IMG/VR virus record: IMGVR_UViG_3300023266_000005 | Coordinates: 1-35,795 of that record | Reading direction: 5' to 3' (one strand) | Length of the DNA: 35,795 bases | Source: a virus | Taxonomy: Duplodnaviria > Caudoviricetes | In this document: positions 33,455 through 35,795 of the stretch, piece after piece | How the letters are laid out: each line of letters opens with the position of its first letter | Numbering within the stretch: position 1 is the first letter of the stretch | Position numbers and translations under genes: made by a program | The notes under the pieces: model-generated | Told to the model about the DNA's origin: nothing | The model's database searches: none | The model's input: only the letters and a program-made list of their open reading frames with translations

Positions 33455-33577
33455 CCCTAGTCTCCTCAAAAATGAGATGCCTCTCACACCATCCCGCAAA
33501 TGGGAGGGGGGAAGCAACGTTCTCTCACCCGCCGTTTTGAACCCCACCCCCCCTCTGCATTTTTTTTCAGCCGACGG

Positions 33578-33607
33578 GCCCATCTGAGTAGGACTACTCA
33601 GATGGGC
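33578..33607. repeat. Perfect inverted repeat/hairpin GCCCATCTGAGTAG-GA-CTACTCAGATGGGC
   Basis: 14-bp perfect arms, checked base by base. Confidence 0.9.
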
Positions 33608-33733
33608 AGTGCTGGCATGGCCTGCCGACCCCCTGATGGCCTGCCTGCGGCGGCTTGCTTCCGCCAAGAGTCTACCCTCAGGGGGGAGCGAAACGCTCCG
33701 AAGAAGCTGCGGCTCCGCGTTGCTTCGCCTTTC

Positions 33734-33761
33734 GTCTTGGACGCCAACGAGCGTCCAAGAC
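33734..33761. repeat. Perfect hairpin GTCTTGGACGC-CAACGA-GCGTCCAAGAC
   Basis: 11-bp perfect arms with a 6-nt loop. Confidence 0.9.
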
Positions 33762-33784
33762 AAGAGGGCATGCTGTACGATACC

Positions 33785-34070
33785 GTATAGCTATAGTATG
33801 CGCATGCGCGGACGTGCGATAGGGGTTTTAAAAAGACAGAGACAAAGCACGCGTAGCGTGCGCAGTCTCAAGGGTTTATTCTTGTCTTTTTTTTTGTCTT
33901 GTCTTTTCTTGTCCTCTGTACACGCAACTTCTCGCTTTGAGACATCATCTTGAGACATCTCTAAGTCTTTGTTTTCATTCTTCTTCTTCGTCTTTGTCTT
34001 CTCTTCTCTGATTTGATCAGACCCCCCTCAGAACACACACATAGCGCGCGCGCACATACTATAGCTATAC
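33785..34070. promoter_or_regulatory. Candidate replication origin: 16-bp inverted repeats enclosing AGACA/TGTCT repeats and T-rich tracts
   Basis: GTATAGCTATAGTATG (33785-33800) and its reverse complement (34055-34070); lies immediately downstream of the helicase gene. Confidence 0.5.
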
Positions 34071-34163
34071 AGAGTCTGTGGGCTCATAAAGCTCCAGTAT
34101 TTGGAGTAACGCTGAGCATGTCGGCCTAAGCGTGAGACACGAAAGGCACGCGCAGCGGCGCCA

Positions 34164-35795
34164 TTAGGGGATTTCGCCTTTAACCGCAAGCAGTTGAGCG
34201 AGATCGTAGCCTTTCTCACTGAGGGTGACAAGAAACGTTCGGTCATCGCGAGATCGTCTGGCCTTAGTGGCGAGGTGGTCGCGTACGAGCCCGTCCACCA
34301 GTTTATAAAAATAAGTCCGGTTGACGGCGGGGAGGTCATGTGCGAGTCGCTGATCTTCGAGCGTTTCTTGGAGAATCCTAAGCCGAATGCCGTAGCCTGA
34401 GGCGCGTTGATGCTGGTAGATAATCCCGAGCATCTGCTGGCGCGTCTCAGCATGTCCTTGGGGATTGATCCCTTCCTCATCGCTGGGAAAAAACCATCCG
34501 TGAGGTGCGTCGTGCTGGGCCTTGATCATCAACTCGTGCTCGGGCAAATCCCTTCCCGTGGTGGCGAACTTGGCGCCGCCGTGGTTATCCGTGGCACTGA
34601 TGAGCCAGATACCGCTAGCCACAGCGGCAATCCCGGTGGTGCCGATAATGGCACGGGAGATATCCTCGATACCGGACTTGGCTTTGCCTTCATGCGTAAG
34701 AGCCAAGATGGCAATGCCCTGAGCCGTGCAGAGGTCATCGAGTTTGCGCATGTCCTCGTAATCAGCGAGATAGGGATTGATTTCCTTTGCATGCTGAGAA
34801 AGCAAGTTGGTCATCATGTCAACGACGATGAGACGTGGATTCTCCACGTCATGTATCCAGGCAAGGGCACGCTGAGTAAACCTTCCTGAGGCGAGTTTAG
34901 GAATTTGATCTTGAACATGGAGCTTATCGTTGTCAGCATATGCGGTGCCAATCATGCGGTCAAAGCGGTCAATATAGCTATTGATATTCATGTCGAGGGC
35001 AAGATAAAGCACATTTCCGGGATCCGTGCATGGATAGCTGCCTAAGAACGGACGAATACCGGCGACAGCTAAGGCCGCATCGAGAGCTAAAAACGATTTG
35101 CCGACCTTGGGACGACCCGCCAAGATAACCAGGCCTTGCTTGGGCAGTAACCCCTCGATCAAATCTTGGCTTGTATCGCTGCGCACGATATCGCTCCTCC
35201 CCTTGTGCGTGGCGCGGGCGGCAGTGGCGGCATAGGCCGCTTGCAGAACCATCGTGTAAAGCTTGGCGAGATCGGCAGGGCGGCGCCTGGGATCGCTGGC
35301 GTGAAGGGCTTCACAGAGGGCCATCCACAAGGCTTCATCTTGGGCATAAGAAGCCAGGGCATGTTGCCCCCACATCATCAACTCCGAAACCTTGGGCTTG
35401 ACCGTATGAATCCACTGCTGGACGCCGCCAATATCCATCCCTGCGGGCATGCCTTCGATCATCGTCTGGCGCGCTTGTGCGTTGTACGCGGCCGCTGCCC
35501 CGGGCTGCTCTGCTGGCGCTGCCTCATACCCTTTGGGAGCAGGGCCTTGTCCCCCTTTGTAGCTCGGATCGAGTTCGGGGATGAGCTGCCAAAAACGGCG
35601 CTCGGTATCCCCATCGGCAAAGTCGCCGTGGTCGTCGCCGGTCGTAAACGTGCTGCGCATGAGATGTGGCGTGCGTGAGCGTCCTGGCGTCTGCCCATCA
35701 TCCCCCTGGTACACCTTCACCCACTTGTATGCCGTTAACACCAGGCGTTCGTACACCTTCCGTTTGCCAGGGTTATCCCGCATATGCTTCAGGCC
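34164..35795 (-). CDS. AAA_25/RepA-type (RecA-fold) DNA helicase, probably the C-terminal part of a primase-helicase; possibly 5'-truncated
   Basis: LIEGLLPKQGLVILAGRPKVGKSFLA Walker A, VLYLALD, LIVVD Walker B, LTHEGK, IIGTTGI. WMALCEALH resembles a PriCT-2 helix. The frame stays open to the window edge. Confidence 0.85.
   Translation of the reverse strand, partial: GLKHMRDNPGKRKVYERLVLTAYKWVKVYQGDDGQTPGRSRTPHLMRSTFTTGDDHGDFADGDTERRFWQLIPELDPSYKGGQGPAPKGYEAAPAEQPGAAAAYNAQARQTMIEGMPAGMDIGGVQQWIHTVKPKVSELMMWGQHALASYAQDEALWMALCEALHASDPRRRPADLAKLYTMVLQAAYAATAARATHKGRSDIVRSDTSQDLIEGLLPKQGLVILAGRPKVGKSFLALDAALAVAGIRPFLGSYPCTDPGNVLYLALDMNINSYIDRFDRMIGTAYADNDKLHVQDQIPKLASGRFTQRALAWIHDVENPRLIVVDMMTNLLSQHAKEINPYLADYEDMRKLDDLCTAQGIAILALTHEGKAKSGIEDISRAIIGTTGIAAVASGIWLISATDNHGGAKFATTGRDLPEHELMIKAQHDAPHGWFFPSDEEGINPQGHAETRQQMLGIIYQHQRASGYGIRLRILQETLEDQRLAHDLPAVNRTYFYKLVDGLVRDHLATKARRSRDDRTFLVTLSEKGYDLAQLLAVKGEIP

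Noticed and set aside
33455-33763. N-terminal extension of the 198-aa ORF in the track
   Set aside because: It runs through the hairpin cluster, and a strong GAGGAG RBS supports the internal ATG at 33454.
33757-34140. CRISPR array or tRNA in the non-coding region
   Set aside because: Repeats are 5-16 bp, irregularly spaced and in mixed orientation; no cloverleaf or T-loop consensus found.
34028-34480. 150-aa minus-strand ORF overlapping the helicase 3' end
   Set aside because: Alternate frame of the helicase that runs into the repeat region; no RBS or protein-like features.

Overview
The window is a slice of a GC-rich, podovirus-type tailed phage or prophage, and essentially all real genes are on the minus strand. 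In transcription order (right to left) it holds: the end of an AAA_25/RepA-type helicase gene; a ~700-bp non-coding region packed with inverted repeats, hairpins and AGACA repeats (candidate origin or packaging/late-promoter region); a small TerS-like ORF; a 1488-aa signal-peptide multi-domain lyase-like protein; a tailspike with a T7-gp17-type head; TerL; portal; a Bbp19-like protein; scaffold; major capsid; a cement-like protein; a 178-aa and a 2323-aa signal-peptide protein; tail tubular A and B; gp13/14/15/16-like ejection proteins (the gp16-like one carries a GH108 muramidase); and the start of a membrane protein at the left edge. The most unusual feature is three Sec-type, cysteine-rich proteins, two of them giant beta-helix/Ig/FN3 mosaics, that are tightly spaced inside the virion morphogenesis operon. 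Also notable are a strong C-over-G strand skew starting at the non-coding region and an Asp-to-Ser change in the terminase nuclease motif. All family assignments come from motif recognition and gene order, not from database searches.
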